A stretch of DNA of 63,173 nucleotides, counting the filler, from Stramenopiles sp. TOSAG23-3 (lineage: Eukaryota), in the NCBI GenBank assembly GCA_900128585.1. It is 5 parts of 5 records of this genome, joined end to end, with 100 filler letters (N's around TTAATTAATTAA, not from the genome) between each part and the next. Parts side by side here need not be neighbours in the genome. Positions count along the whole stretch, not along the records: positions 1 to 28,243 come from LT642249.1; 4 more parts are not named here. One strand, given 5' to 3'. The notes under the pieces were generated by a model. That model saw only the letters and a list, made by a program, of their open reading frames with translations. It had not been told where the DNA came from and did no database searches. Both the position numbers and the translations under genes were made by a program. Positions 1 to 10,630 of the stretch are shown in pieces. Position 1 is the stretch's first letter. The number at the start of each line of letters is the position of its first letter.

Positions 1-8
1 AAAGAAAG

Positions 9-78
9 AAACAAACAAACAAACAAACAAACAAACAAACAAACAAACAAACAAACAAACAAACAAACAAACAAACAA
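9..78. repeat. (AAAC)n microsatellite at start of first assembly piece
   Basis: Perfect tandem AAAC units seen directly. Confidence 0.95.
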
Positions 79-226
79 AAAGTAAATGATTTTAATGTCA
101 TTACGGTATTGTATTAATATAAGTTTATTTATTTATATTATTATATTCAGTATGTATATAGTTAATAATTCTTTATTATTTTTATTTGTTTATTATAGTA
201 TTTTACTTTACCTTAATTAAAGATCA

Positions 227-244
227 AACCCTAACCCTAACCCT
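227..244. repeat. Three telomere-type units (AACCCT)3, i.e. TTAGGG on the minus strand
   Basis: aaccctaaccctaaccct seen directly. Confidence 0.6.
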
Positions 245-340
245 TATATATTTATCACTTAAGCTAAACTTCATACTCTACAGCATCATTATCGATTCAG
301 CTAATTTTAATTATCAATAATAATAAATACAGTACTAACT

Positions 341-660
341 AAAGAAAAAAAGAAGAAGAAAGAAGAAGAAAGAAGAAGAAGAAGAAGAAGAAAGAAGAAA
401 GAAAGATGAAGAAGAAGAAGAAGAAGAAGAAGAAGAAGAAGAAGAAAGAAGAAAGATAGAAGAAGAAGAAGAAAAGAAAGATGAAGAAGAAGAAAAGAAA
501 GATGAAGAAGAAGAGAAAAAGAAGAAGAAGATGAATGATGAAGAAGAAGAGAAAAAGAAGAAGAAAGAAGAAAGAAGAAAGAAGAAAGAAGAAAGAAGAA
601 AAGAAAGAAGAAGAAGAAGAAGAAGAAGAAGAAGAAGAGAAAAAGAAGAAAAGAAGAAGA
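341..660. repeat. Degenerate (GAA)n polypurine tract
   Basis: About 320 nt almost entirely A/G, built from GAA/GAAA units; it produces the spurious poly-F/S and poly-K/E ORFs. Confidence 0.95.
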
Positions 661-973
661 ATCGATCTTTTTTTTTTTTTTTGTGTTGTTTGTTTTTGTG
701 ATATTTTTTCGTCGTATTTATATACCAGGTATAGATAGTTGCTTTTTAGGAATAATACCACACACACTACAATTCACAAATGAGTTAGTTTTGTTTGCCA
801 CTTCTCACTGCACAGTTTTAAAAAAGGAAAATACACTTAGTCAACCTTTACATTCTCCTTTGCACTTCACTTACGCATACGTATAATACGTACGCTGTAT
901 ACCATCTTTCTACGACGGATTTATTTTAGCTTCACTCTCACCAGTGTTGTTTAGTATACGCCCACCACCCACT

Positions 974-3674
974 ATGTCCTCAATTGCTGTCGGTTCCCTG
1001 GCCTGGGCCCAGGACCAAGTGGAAACCATGCTAAAGGCTGCCCTGAGTGACGGTGGCAAAGGCGTCTTTCAATCGGGGCTCAAAATCGACGATAAAGGGG
1101 CCCTGTGCGGCTTACTCATGAAGAAGGGGGAAGGGAGCTTTTTCGGAGGGGCAGGGATGAAGCGCCGGTACTTTCGCTTGCTAGACAAGACCCTGTCCTA
1201 CTACAAAAGCGACAAGGATGGGACGAAGGCACAGGGGTTGGTGGACTTGGACCTGGCCTTCAAGATCGAGTTGTCCGACGCCCCGATAAAGGACGGCCCA
1301 GCCCCGGGCGAGATTTACCTCACCGTCAGCACCCCGGAACGACTCTGGGTCTTCGGAGGGCCGCTGGAGTACGTCGTCAAGTGGGGCGTGGCTTTGAAGT
1401 TCGCCACAAAGGACAACTCGGAGGAAGAGGCGAAGGCCGCCAACGTCGAGAAGAAACGGCTCCGAAAGCAGAACCGGTCCAGCATGGTCGCGATGAACAA
1501 TACGTTTCAAATGTTTTCGCGGTTTGCCGGAAAGGGAAAGGGCACAGACGTGCGGCCCCCGGGAACGATCCCAGCCGAAGCGTACGATTTGGAGTTCGAG
1601 AGCGGCCCCTTGTTTTTGGACCTGGTCGCGGACGACGACGACAACATCGTGTGCGCCGGCTTTGCCGACTCCGGGAGCGGGGAGCCGGGGCCTGCCGAGA
1701 AGACGGGAAAGATCAAGTCCGGGGACTACCTGCTTGGCGTGAACGGCACAAGTTTTGAGACCCTCAAGTTTTACGACGCAATCGACGTCATTCGCAAGGC
1801 GGAGTACCCGAAAAGCTTTACGTTCGAACGCCCGCCGGTCGAGCCCACGCCCGACAAAGAGGCGTGGCTCGGCAAGCGCGGGGAGCAGAAGTTGAGTGCG
1901 TTCCGAAGGAGGTACTTCAAGCTGTACGGGACCCTACTGTTCTACTACAAGCCGACGATGAAAGACACGGACTGCCCGAACGAAAATGCGGCGGGCCACG
2001 TCGACTTGGCATCTGTAAAGGCTATCAAACCGTACACAGTCAACGGCTCGGGGTCGTACTCGTCCAACGGGTTGGAGCTGGACACGGACCTCAGAACGTG
2101 GGTGCTGGGCTTCGAAGAGCAGGCGGAAATGGGGGAATGGGTAAGCGCACTGTCGAGCGCCACCGGTGTCAAGGCCGACGAGGTGTCGGATATTTCCAGC
2201 AAGGCAGAAAGCGGCGGCGGCAGCAGGCCCATCACCTTCATGCTCAGCCTGCAGGTGCCCGAAGGGGCCAACGCGGGCGCCGTCTTGGAGGTCGAAGACC
2301 CGTACGGCAGGAAGATCCGCGTCACTGTGCCCGACGATTTGCCCGAGGATCGGAAGATGTCTGTTCCTGTCGAGGCGCCGCAGATATCGGACCAGGAGGC
2401 GATGGTGAAGGGCGCCTGCACGAGGCGCTGCTGGTTCTTGGGGGTTGAGCGGCAACGCTACGCCCTCTTGTATTCCGACAGAATACTGATAAAGCGCTCG
2501 GAAGGAGACGCCCACGGCGCGCCACTGTTTTTTGGGGAAATGATGGGGTACAACCAGTTCTACTCGTCCGACGAGGGGGTTGGACGGCTGCTGTTTCAGA
2601 CCAACAAAGGCGACATTGAAGTCTTGGGGTTTGCCAGCAAGATCGAGCTGGATGAGTGGAGCGTTGCCATCGCCAACGTTGTACAGCAGAAGTACCCGTC
2701 GCTCACTCTAGAGTACGAAATTGACGTGGGGAACTCGGACGAGCTTCCAAAAGACTTGGTTGGCGAGGAGGACGTGGAAGACGTGTACTCCGGGTGGATG
2801 TGGAAACGGGGGGGAGAAGAAGGGCCTGGGCGTACTGGGGGGCTCTACCGAGAAAGGCATGTACCGCAGGCGCTGGTTTGCCTTGCGCCACAACCTCCTG
2901 ATGTACTTTAAGTACCAAAAGTCGGACAAAGGGTACGGTATCGGTGGATCCCACGACACCACGGGTCGAGCCGGTGTCATTGACATGTCCACCGTTCAAA
3001 GCGTGACCGTGTGCAACGATGATTCTGTCCCGGACAACTCGATTGCCGTGAAAGCGATCAACCGGACGTACATATTGGCTATCCCGAGCGACGATGAGTT
3101 CGACGAGTGGCTCGAACGCCTCCAAACTGCGGCAGACGTCTATGGTGGGGAGCAGGGCACAGAAGCGCTGGAGCAGCTAAAGGTGAAAGAATCCGCCTCC
3201 GAGAAAGCCCGGGTCGCTGCGATCAAGGCCAGCGTCAAGCACGCCGGGGTGTTGACCAAAGATTCCCAAAAGAAATACTTTGTTCTGGACTCGGAGTCCA
3301 TTGGGTTTTACAACAAGCAGGCTGATCTAATCAACCCGGACGCGGACACTGTAGGGTCGATGCGTCTGATTCAGGTCCAAGGCTTGTGCTGGCCGAGCAA
3401 GAAGAAGTCCGGCGCACAGGGAACGTTTGAGGTGCAGGGGCTGACGGCTTCGTCGACATGGGTCCTGGAGGCTGCGTCCGAAGACGAAGCGAAAGAATGG
3501 GTGCGCATGATCGCGAAAGTATCCGATCGCCTGGAATTAAAGGAATCGGAAGGCTCCCTGTCGACGGTGAATTTAAGCGGGCAGGCGGGCAACCGACTCG
3601 CGGCGTACAACAAGAAAGTAAGCAAGAAGAAGAAGAAGAAAATTGGTGGGCGAGGAAAGGCGAAACGGGGCTAA
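974..3674 (+). CDS. Multi-PH-domain (about 5) plus PDZ-domain signalling protein, with one frameshift at the G7 run 2808-2814
   Basis: PH motifs GLLMKKG..KRRYFRL, AWLGKRG..RRRYFKL, GACTRR..RQRYALL, GWMWKRG|EKK..RRRWFAL and HAGVLTKD..KYFVL, each followed by a C-terminal W helix; PDZ-like GPAEKTGKIKSGDYLLGVNG. ORFs 944..2911 and 2721..3674 join into one if a single G is removed. First ATG is at 974. Confidence 0.85.
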
Positions 3675-4668
3675 TCGCGGATTGCACCGAATAACTACTT
3701 CAAGCTAAAAAAATGAAATTACTAAAAAGATCTTACTATCATCATGTACGAATCGGACTATCAATCCCAACCCTATATAATTTGTTTTTTCAATCCCAAC
3801 CCCATCATTAGTTTTTTTTTAAATACTTGTACCGGTCATTGTCAGTAAAAGAGGAAAACTAACTCGAAATAGATTTTATTAGGAAGAATTACTGTACGGG
3901 CACCAGGTATTATTAGTCGTCTATTATATAATTTTAAATAATAAAATACCGCCGTGCTCCATGCGGTACGGGTATTAATATTGGCCATTATACCTGTAGG
4001 TACCTTCCTTACCTTACAGGTACCCTCCTTCTATAATAAATAAAAATAATATATAAATATGACATAAAAACCACCATTTGATACCGTGTTGTAGTAGCGG
4101 TCGTCGAAAAGTTGTTGTTTGGTCTGTTTTTTAATTTAAGACACATACATAGAACAGCAAGTCTCCAAGTGTCTTGTTTATTTTTTTGGATATTATTATT
4201 CTTCGAAGGAACCATATTATTATAGTTAGGCAGATGATCAAACAAGAAGAGATTAGATCTGCTGGGCTCATTGCTCATTATTACTCAATCAATGCATCAT
4301 TCATTCTCCTTCCTAGATTGCTATATTAATTAATGGTAGAAATTATCAGTAGTTCTTCTTATCTGGACTGAGAAGATAGACGAGCACTATTACTACGTAC
4401 TGCTAAACAATAGCCACTTCTATACAAGAATAAAGAATAATAATAAAAAAAACTCACTACTTTTTCATTCGTTCTTTCATCTTCCAGTAATTTGAATGAA
4501 TGAGATAGACATTCACAACTCGTATGTTGGTACAATTTGTAAGCACTTCACCACAACTATCAGGTTATCCTTTCTTTCCCACCAAACGAGGAGTTTTGTT
4601 CTACGCCCGAAGTACATTGTATTGCGACCGTCTCGCAGATTTAGTTATCGCCTGTACACTGAGCCGCC

Positions 4669-6357
4669 ATGTCGTCGGACAACACAGCATACTTGGTTAT
4701 TTCCTCTGTAATAGCGGTTAGCCTGTGCCACTACAGCAATGCCCTGCTGATGAGGCGATACATCGATAAGTTTGAAGAGCAAAACAAGCTGCAGCACTTT
4801 CTTCTTCCGAGGTCTATGACACACATCGTTATTATGATGGGATTGATGTTAGCAGAAGTGTCCGTGCTACTTATTCCTTTAGACGTGGCCAACCGTTCGT
4901 CCTCTATCTACGGCAACATAGGATGCTCGTCCTGGAACACGGCCTGTGGGGGGATAGACGTGGCGACCTTGTGGCAGGTTGTCTTCATTACCATTGCTAT
5001 TTTCATCGTATTCGTAGTACCGTTGGCAATATTTTTCTACGAAAATTACGACTACGATGCAATGAAAGATACCAATGGTAGCTGCTGCAAGCAGTTCAGA
5101 AACGCGTTGTGCTTTCAGATGACGGCGACAATAATTGTCGGCATCGTCCTTGGCGTTACGTATGCCAACCCGTCTACCAACAACGTCGCACTGCCGATTA
5201 CATCTATCGTCGCAGATGTGGACGCCGCCAAGTACACGAACTATGAGGCTGTAACTGCGAAGAGTTTAGCTGTAACGACAACCAACGAGATGGAGGTTTT
5301 CGCACGGGGATACCCTGTAGAAAAGACCGTTCTGAACTTCAAGGTAACGTTTCCAATATATTTGATTGCCCTCATGTCTTTCCTTGGGTGGTTCTTTTTC
5401 GTTATCTTCGCTGGGGTCGGGTTGGTATCGGTTCCGAGCAGCCTCATTAACGCCTACATCGAGACCCCAAAGGAGCAAATGGACCCATCGAAACTAAACA
5501 AAAAGAAACGTGCATTAGTAGCCCGCGCGAAGGAGTTGGAGGAGAGCGGCAACTTACTGAAGAAGCAGTACAGGAGAAACGGAAAGGTTGTCGACAAGAA
5601 AATGTTCAACAGGTACAAAAAGGCAGTGTACGACTTGGAGAAAGACTCGGACGAGATGGACAGTATCGACGAAATGTTCAGCAACGCTGACGCAAGTGCG
5701 TTCACGGCCTTGATGGCGTTCGTCTATTTGATCCTAGGCGGGTTTAGTATAATCCTTTCCTTCTTCTGGATCCTGCACATCTGCTTGTACATTTTGCCTG
5801 TTTCGATTGCGGCATGGGAGGGCAATTCGAACGGGCAGCCAATCTCGCTGTTTTTAAATGCTTACTTTGCCGCGTACGATGGATCTGTCCCGCTTTTTGG
5901 AGCCTTGTCGGTAATGATTTTCACTTTCTACTTGATGATCTGTGTTATATCGGGCAATTTGAAGGTTGGAACTCGCATATTCATTGTCCAAATTCACCCA
6001 ATGCGGATAGGGCGGACATTGCCCAACTCGATTTTGGTCAACGTATCGTTGATCTTGATGACATCCCCGGCAATAACACAATTCTCTACCCAGGCCTTTG
6101 CAGATTACGTCCGCATGACCGATGCGGACAACATGTTTGGGGCGCAAATAAAATACATAACCTTTTTGAAACCGTTTTTCGATCATGGTATTATGACCTT
6201 TGTCTTTTTGGGTTTTTCAATTCTGGCGCTCGTGTACTACTTGACATGTGGCCGCAAGGTAGAAGGCGTGGACGAGAAAAAAATGCTAAAAATGCTGAAA
6301 GGGATTGCGGACACTAACGATGAGAAGAAAAAGAAGAAATGGTACCAATGGGGCTGA
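4669..6357 (+). CDS. LMBR1/LIMR-family multi-pass membrane protein
   Basis: LLIPLDVANR, VVPLAIFFYE, FAGVGLVSVP, IHPMRIGRT..NSILVN; about 9 hydrophobic helices with a central coiled coil. Confidence 0.88.
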   Translation: MSSDNTAYLVISSVIAVSLCHYSNALLMRRYIDKFEEQNKLQHFLLPRSMTHIVIMMGLMLAEVSVLLIPLDVANRSSSIYGNIGCSSWNTACGGIDVATLWQVVFITIAIFIVFVVPLAIFFYENYDYDAMKDTNGSCCKQFRNALCFQMTATIIVGIVLGVTYANPSTNNVALPITSIVADVDAAKYTNYEAVTAKSLAVTTTNEMEVFARGYPVEKTVLNFKVTFPIYLIALMSFLGWFFFVIFAGVGLVSVPSSLINAYIETPKEQMDPSKLNKKKRALVARAKELEESGNLLKKQYRRNGKVVDKKMFNRYKKAVYDLEKDSDEMDSIDEMFSNADASAFTALMAFVYLILGGFSIILSFFWILHICLYILPVSIAAWEGNSNGQPISLFLNAYFAAYDGSVPLFGALSVMIFTFYLMICVISGNLKVGTRIFIVQIHPMRIGRTLPNSILVNVSLILMTSPAITQFSTQAFADYVRMTDADNMFGAQIKYITFLKPFFDHGIMTFVFLGFSILALVYYLTCGRKVEGVDEKKMLKMLKGIADTNDEKKKKKWYQWG

Positions 6358-6485
6358 CTGGTTGGGCGCCACGGCAGCCAGCGAGAGAGAGAGACATCAA
6401 GAGAGAGGAGGGAGATTTAAGCGCATTAAAATGTGTCAATATTAGTACACCACCCGTGGCGCTATGGTACTCTATTTTACATTCA

Positions 6486-7274
6486 CTACAAGTTTGTTTT
6501 CACCCCCCAGTCATCTTTTCCCTTTCGCACGAGACGCATTCGCTCCGCCCTATCGGAGGCGTCTCCGCAGAATTTGATTATGTCTTGCGCATCAATGCGT
6601 GCGAACGGGTTGCACTTTTTCTCGTCAGAAATTGTGCTTGGAATAGTGCCCTGCCCTCCGCTGTGCATGCTGCCTTGGCTGGCTGCCCATTCTAATCGCG
6701 CCTTTGCCTCCTCGTTGGCGGGCTCTGCAAAATGAGCAAATTTACAGTTTTTGTGGGTATACTCGTGACCAACCCAGACCGACGTGTCGTCGGGGAGGCT
6801 CAAAATTTTGTCGAAAGCGTCTGTCATTTGCTGGGGGGTCCCTGAATTAAAATTACCGCAGCCACTTACAAACATGGTGTCGCCCGTAAACACATGCTTA
6901 GATCCAACAAAATAACACACATGGCCGGGCGTGTGGCAGGGGGTGAACAGTACCCGGACCGGGGTTTCACCGATCATAAACTCGTCGCCGTCGCCGACTT
7001 CTTTTGTGACAGCGTCAGCGTTGTCACCTTTGCCGCCATACACTTCTGTTATACTTGTACACTGCTCTGTTAGCTTTATGTTCCCACCATCATGATCCCA
7101 ATGATGATGCGTTGTAAGTATACAGTCAATAATCGCCCCGTTCTCGCTCGCAGCTTTCTGAATGGCATCCACGTCAACAGGATCCACCACCCCTGCTTTC
7201 TTCGTGGCCTCGTCAATAATTAGATACATATAGTTGTCCTGCAGGGCAGGGACGGGGATGACTTTGCAGGGCAT
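6486..7274 (-). CDS. HAGH: Hydroxyacylglutathione hydrolase (glyoxalase II)
   Basis: PALQDNYMYL, THHHWDH metal-binding motif, TPCHTPGH, FTGDTMF..GCG, GHEYT; likely start MPCKV at 7274. Confidence 0.95.
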   Translation of the reverse strand: MPCKVIPVPALQDNYMYLIIDEATKKAGVVDPVDVDAIQKAASENGAIIDCILTTHHHWDHDGGNIKLTEQCTSITEVYGGKGDNADAVTKEVGDGDEFMIGETPVRVLFTPCHTPGHVCYFVGSKHVFTGDTMFVSGCGNFNSGTPQQMTDAFDKILSLPDDTSVWVGHEYTHKNCKFAHFAEPANEEAKARLEWAASQGSMHSGGQGTIPSTISDEKKCNPFARIDAQDIIKFCGDASDRAERMRLVRKGKDDWGVKTNL

Positions 7275-8062
7275 CGTTGTAACTAATCTAAAAAACCAAA
7301 AATTGGTCTTCTTCTTTTCGTATGGACAATACAAATCGCGAGATTCTTGAAAATATCTCTCTCTTAATACCTATCTTTCAACCAAGCACATTCAACGTTG
7401 TTTTCATCTCGTGCAATATTTGATAATTACTCTTTGCTATATATAATACAAAAAAATATCACAACAAAAAAACATTTTCTTCTGTGCTGAATGAATAATT
7501 TATTATTTATCTTTCTTCCTCTCTTCTTCATCTTCTTCTTTTTTTCTCTTTTATCATCACATCATCATCAGCAGAGTTCAAAGCTATGCTGTGATATTGT
7601 ACGGTACATTATACTACCTATATACCAATACCAGGTAGAAGAACTGAAGAGTACTAAGAGGAGGACTGAGGAGTGGTGGGTGGTGGTGTTATTATAGGAG
7701 GTTGTATTAATAAAACCTGGGTACCTGGTATTTTATTATACCTGTACGGTACTACCTGTACTGGTATTAAAAAATACCGCCGGTAGTTGTTCGCTGAAAT
7801 TATTCTTCCTTCTTCTTCTTCTTCTTCTTTTTTTTTNNNNNNTATTATTATTTTATTATTATTATATATTATGTTTTGTATAGAGAAGAAGAATGAACAT
7901 GCATTATATCATACATGAAACAATTGTGAATGTTTACAGACGATAAATACGCTATGAACGAATGATGTATCCGTCTTCTCTTCACACCGCCCTGATTTAT
8001 ACATTATTCTCAGAGATACTTGGGTTCCAAGTGTGAGAGAGACCTATTTGTTCAAAAACAAC

Positions 8063-8653
8063 ATGTCAGCAAAAACTGCAGATTCGAACAAGGGAGCGGC
8101 AAAGAAAATCCGCACCGTCCTTGCGCCAGAATTGTTGCCGGGGTGTGGGGGTGATTTTGAGGTTTCGATCCATTTGCCACCAAAGGCGTTGGAATATGAA
8201 TTGGATATGATATTCCCCAGCGTAGATGTTAAAAAAGACCAGGTTGTATGTATTTTGACGGCGCAAAAGTCTAAAATGAAACTTTTAAATTGGAACGACG
8301 AGACAGCACTTGAAAAAGACTTGTTGCTGGAGCGGTTCGTGAAGTGGGCATCGAGTGTTAGAGAATTCCTCACAGGTATGGGCCCAGAGGGTGGCGAGGG
8401 CAACGTAAAATACTGGGCAGACTGGATTGACCCCTGCAGTGGTCTACCAGCGAACGGGGATGGGAACAAAGTGTACGGCGAAGTCGATGGGTTTGAATTG
8501 ATGTGCAACTACAAAACGAACAATGCCGGGGGGTGCAAAATCCTGTTGCACCCTTCTTGGGAATCCGCAGTGTATCCTGCAACAGTCTTTACCAACGCCC
8601 CCGCCGATGTCACCGTGTCCGTCATTCGTAAATTTTTGCCAGAGATGAGGTAA
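8063..8653 (+). CDS. MMADHC: Cobalamin trafficking protein CblD/MMADHC-like (C-terminal domain only)
   Basis: EKDLLLERF, YWADWIDPCSG, GGCKILLHPSW..VYPATVFTNAP are family motifs; first ATG at 8063. Confidence 0.88.
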   Translation: MSAKTADSNKGAAKKIRTVLAPELLPGCGGDFEVSIHLPPKALEYELDMIFPSVDVKKDQVVCILTAQKSKMKLLNWNDETALEKDLLLERFVKWASSVREFLTGMGPEGGEGNVKYWADWIDPCSGLPANGDGNKVYGEVDGFELMCNYKTNNAGGCKILLHPSWESAVYPATVFTNAPADVTVSVIRKFLPEMR

Positions 8654-8947
8654 AAAGGACAGCGAACGGAGTTTGACGTTTTACGCGGTGTTAAAACCGG
8701 ACAACAACAGATTTACTCATTCGTTTTTAGTTTACCAAGGAGAAGAAGAACACCAGCTACTACAGTGATGGGGTTCATATTAGGGTATATCATCCCGACG
8801 TTATTTCGTATAAAATATATCATATTTTATTGCGATAGGGTATTCTTGAGGCCAACATTACGAGAATACTACGCTATGATACGCTACTACTAATTCATCC
8901 GCTCCGTCGACCTCCTTTTGGAGTCCTTCAGGTAATGTACAAACAGT

Positions 8948-9374
8948 TTACTTTTGGATACCTAGGTTGGCTTCGATGGCTTTGATTCTGGCCAATGCTT
9001 CCGCGATCGCTGGGTCAACGCCGGCAACTTCGTCTGCGTGGCTCTCGTCCTTTGGCAAAAGTTCTGGAATGTATTGTTTGACCCAATAACTCTTTTCGTA
9101 CGCGCTTTCGTCAGGAAATTTTGGAAGAAGCAAAGCTCCGGCACTGTTTTGTTTAATAAGATAGGCAACGTTTCGTTAGTCGTTTGTTCGATTGGTGGAT
9201 GAGCGAAACAAAGAGACGATAGATGGATAGGGCAAGAAAAAGGGAGCCGTTCGTCACCGGACGGCTGACGGCTGTCGCACAGGCTATAACTTACAATAAA
9301 CCGTAGATGAAAGGAGTCGCCGCAGGCCTGCTCATTTCTTTCGCCAACGTTGCACCAAGACCTCTTGCAGCCAT
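8948..9374 (-). CDS. Two-exon 91-aa single-pass membrane protein, possibly mitochondrial ATP synthase 6 kDa (i/j-like) subunit; exons 9374-9295 and 9143-8948
   Basis: ATG at 9374; GTAAGT donor at 9294, GACTAAC branch site at 9181-9175, AAAACAG acceptor at 9144. Splicing gives in-frame MAARGLGATLAKEMSRPAATPFIYGLFAGALLLPKFPDESAYEKSYWVKQY...GIQK. The gene model is well supported; the product is tentative. Confidence 0.75.
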
Positions 9375-10630
9375 TATTGTAAAATGATATGGATTTGTGT
9401 TATAAAAAATAATCAAATTGATTCTTCAGTTGGTTAATATTGAGAATGCTAGCTTTGCCAATTTCAAAGTGAATTCCTTTCCCACATTTCCGCTATGCTT
9501 GATTGATTGGAAGTGGAGGCCGTGGTGAAAACCTTCTGTTATAAAAAAATAGAAGAATTATTATTATCATATTTTCTTGTTGAGGAGGACGGGAGGGACG
9601 AGGGACGAGGGACGAGAGGAGGAGGATGAAGAAGAGAAAGAAAAAAAAAGAAATTATTTTTTAAAAAAAGTGTTTTTTGTATAGGGATGAATACCATATA
9701 ATAAGTATATTAATTCCTATTGTAATGGTTTCATTCCAAGATATGTTTTTTTTATAGTTGCACAGCACAGAAAAACACCTTCATGGACTCGAATCTTTCT
9801 ATTGCTTCCCATCCTCTGCTCTGTCCTTGTAAACCCTTTGGTTTCCCTGGACGAAACGTATAGAATTAAATTTCCTATCATATACTTTCATGTATAAGTA
9901 TAAATATACGTAGATTAATATGTAGGGGAATTATTGGAATGGGTGTATTTCTATACTTTCACCCAAAGTAAAAAAAGTTGATTTTAAATATTCTCGTTTT
10001 CCCTTGTTAGCTATTATATTACTATGTATAATTAATATAGTGAGTATATAGCATAGGATATAAATGATAGATTTAATTTGATGTGTGGTTTAGAATGGAC
10101 CAATGCTGTGTATATGTATATTTATTTATTCTTCCTGTAAATATACTTATAATAATTTAAATAATAGTCTTTTCAGAAATGTTATCCTATCTAATTTATT
10201 GCCGTGACTGAAATGAGAAGAAAGAAGGAAATCCATTGTTATCGAGTCTTCAGTTACCATACTTTAGATTTAAACGTAAGTACAATAGAAGAAAAGAAGA
10301 AGGAAAGAGAGAGAAGAAGAAGAAGAAGAAAAGTAGTAGGCAAATACAATGGAAATAATACAATTATAAAATAAGAAAGTGATTTTGTTGGAGGAGGAGG
10401 AAGAAAATAATTATTTTTATTATATATTTTTTTGTTTGTGGATAAAGAGAGAGACGAATTAAATTAGAAAGCGGAAGGGACAGCTGAGCATTACATCGAG
10501 TTGGCTAGATTGTTGAATGAAAAAGGGGGACGATCGCAATGTGTGGCACGTGTAGATCAACACAGCGATAATCTGATACAGAATTACTGCTTTTTCATTT
10601 TTGTTTTGTTCAGAAAGGAAACTATCAACC

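Noticed and set aside
339..886. Poly-Phe/Ser and poly-Lys/Glu ORFs
   Set aside because: Translation of the GAA tract; not gene-like. The same applies to the short ORFs at 17559-17856 and 31368-31607.
1105..3694. Many overlapping alternate-frame and antisense ORFs, here and within other long genes
   Set aside because: Expected shadow ORFs in GC-rich coding DNA; no motifs.
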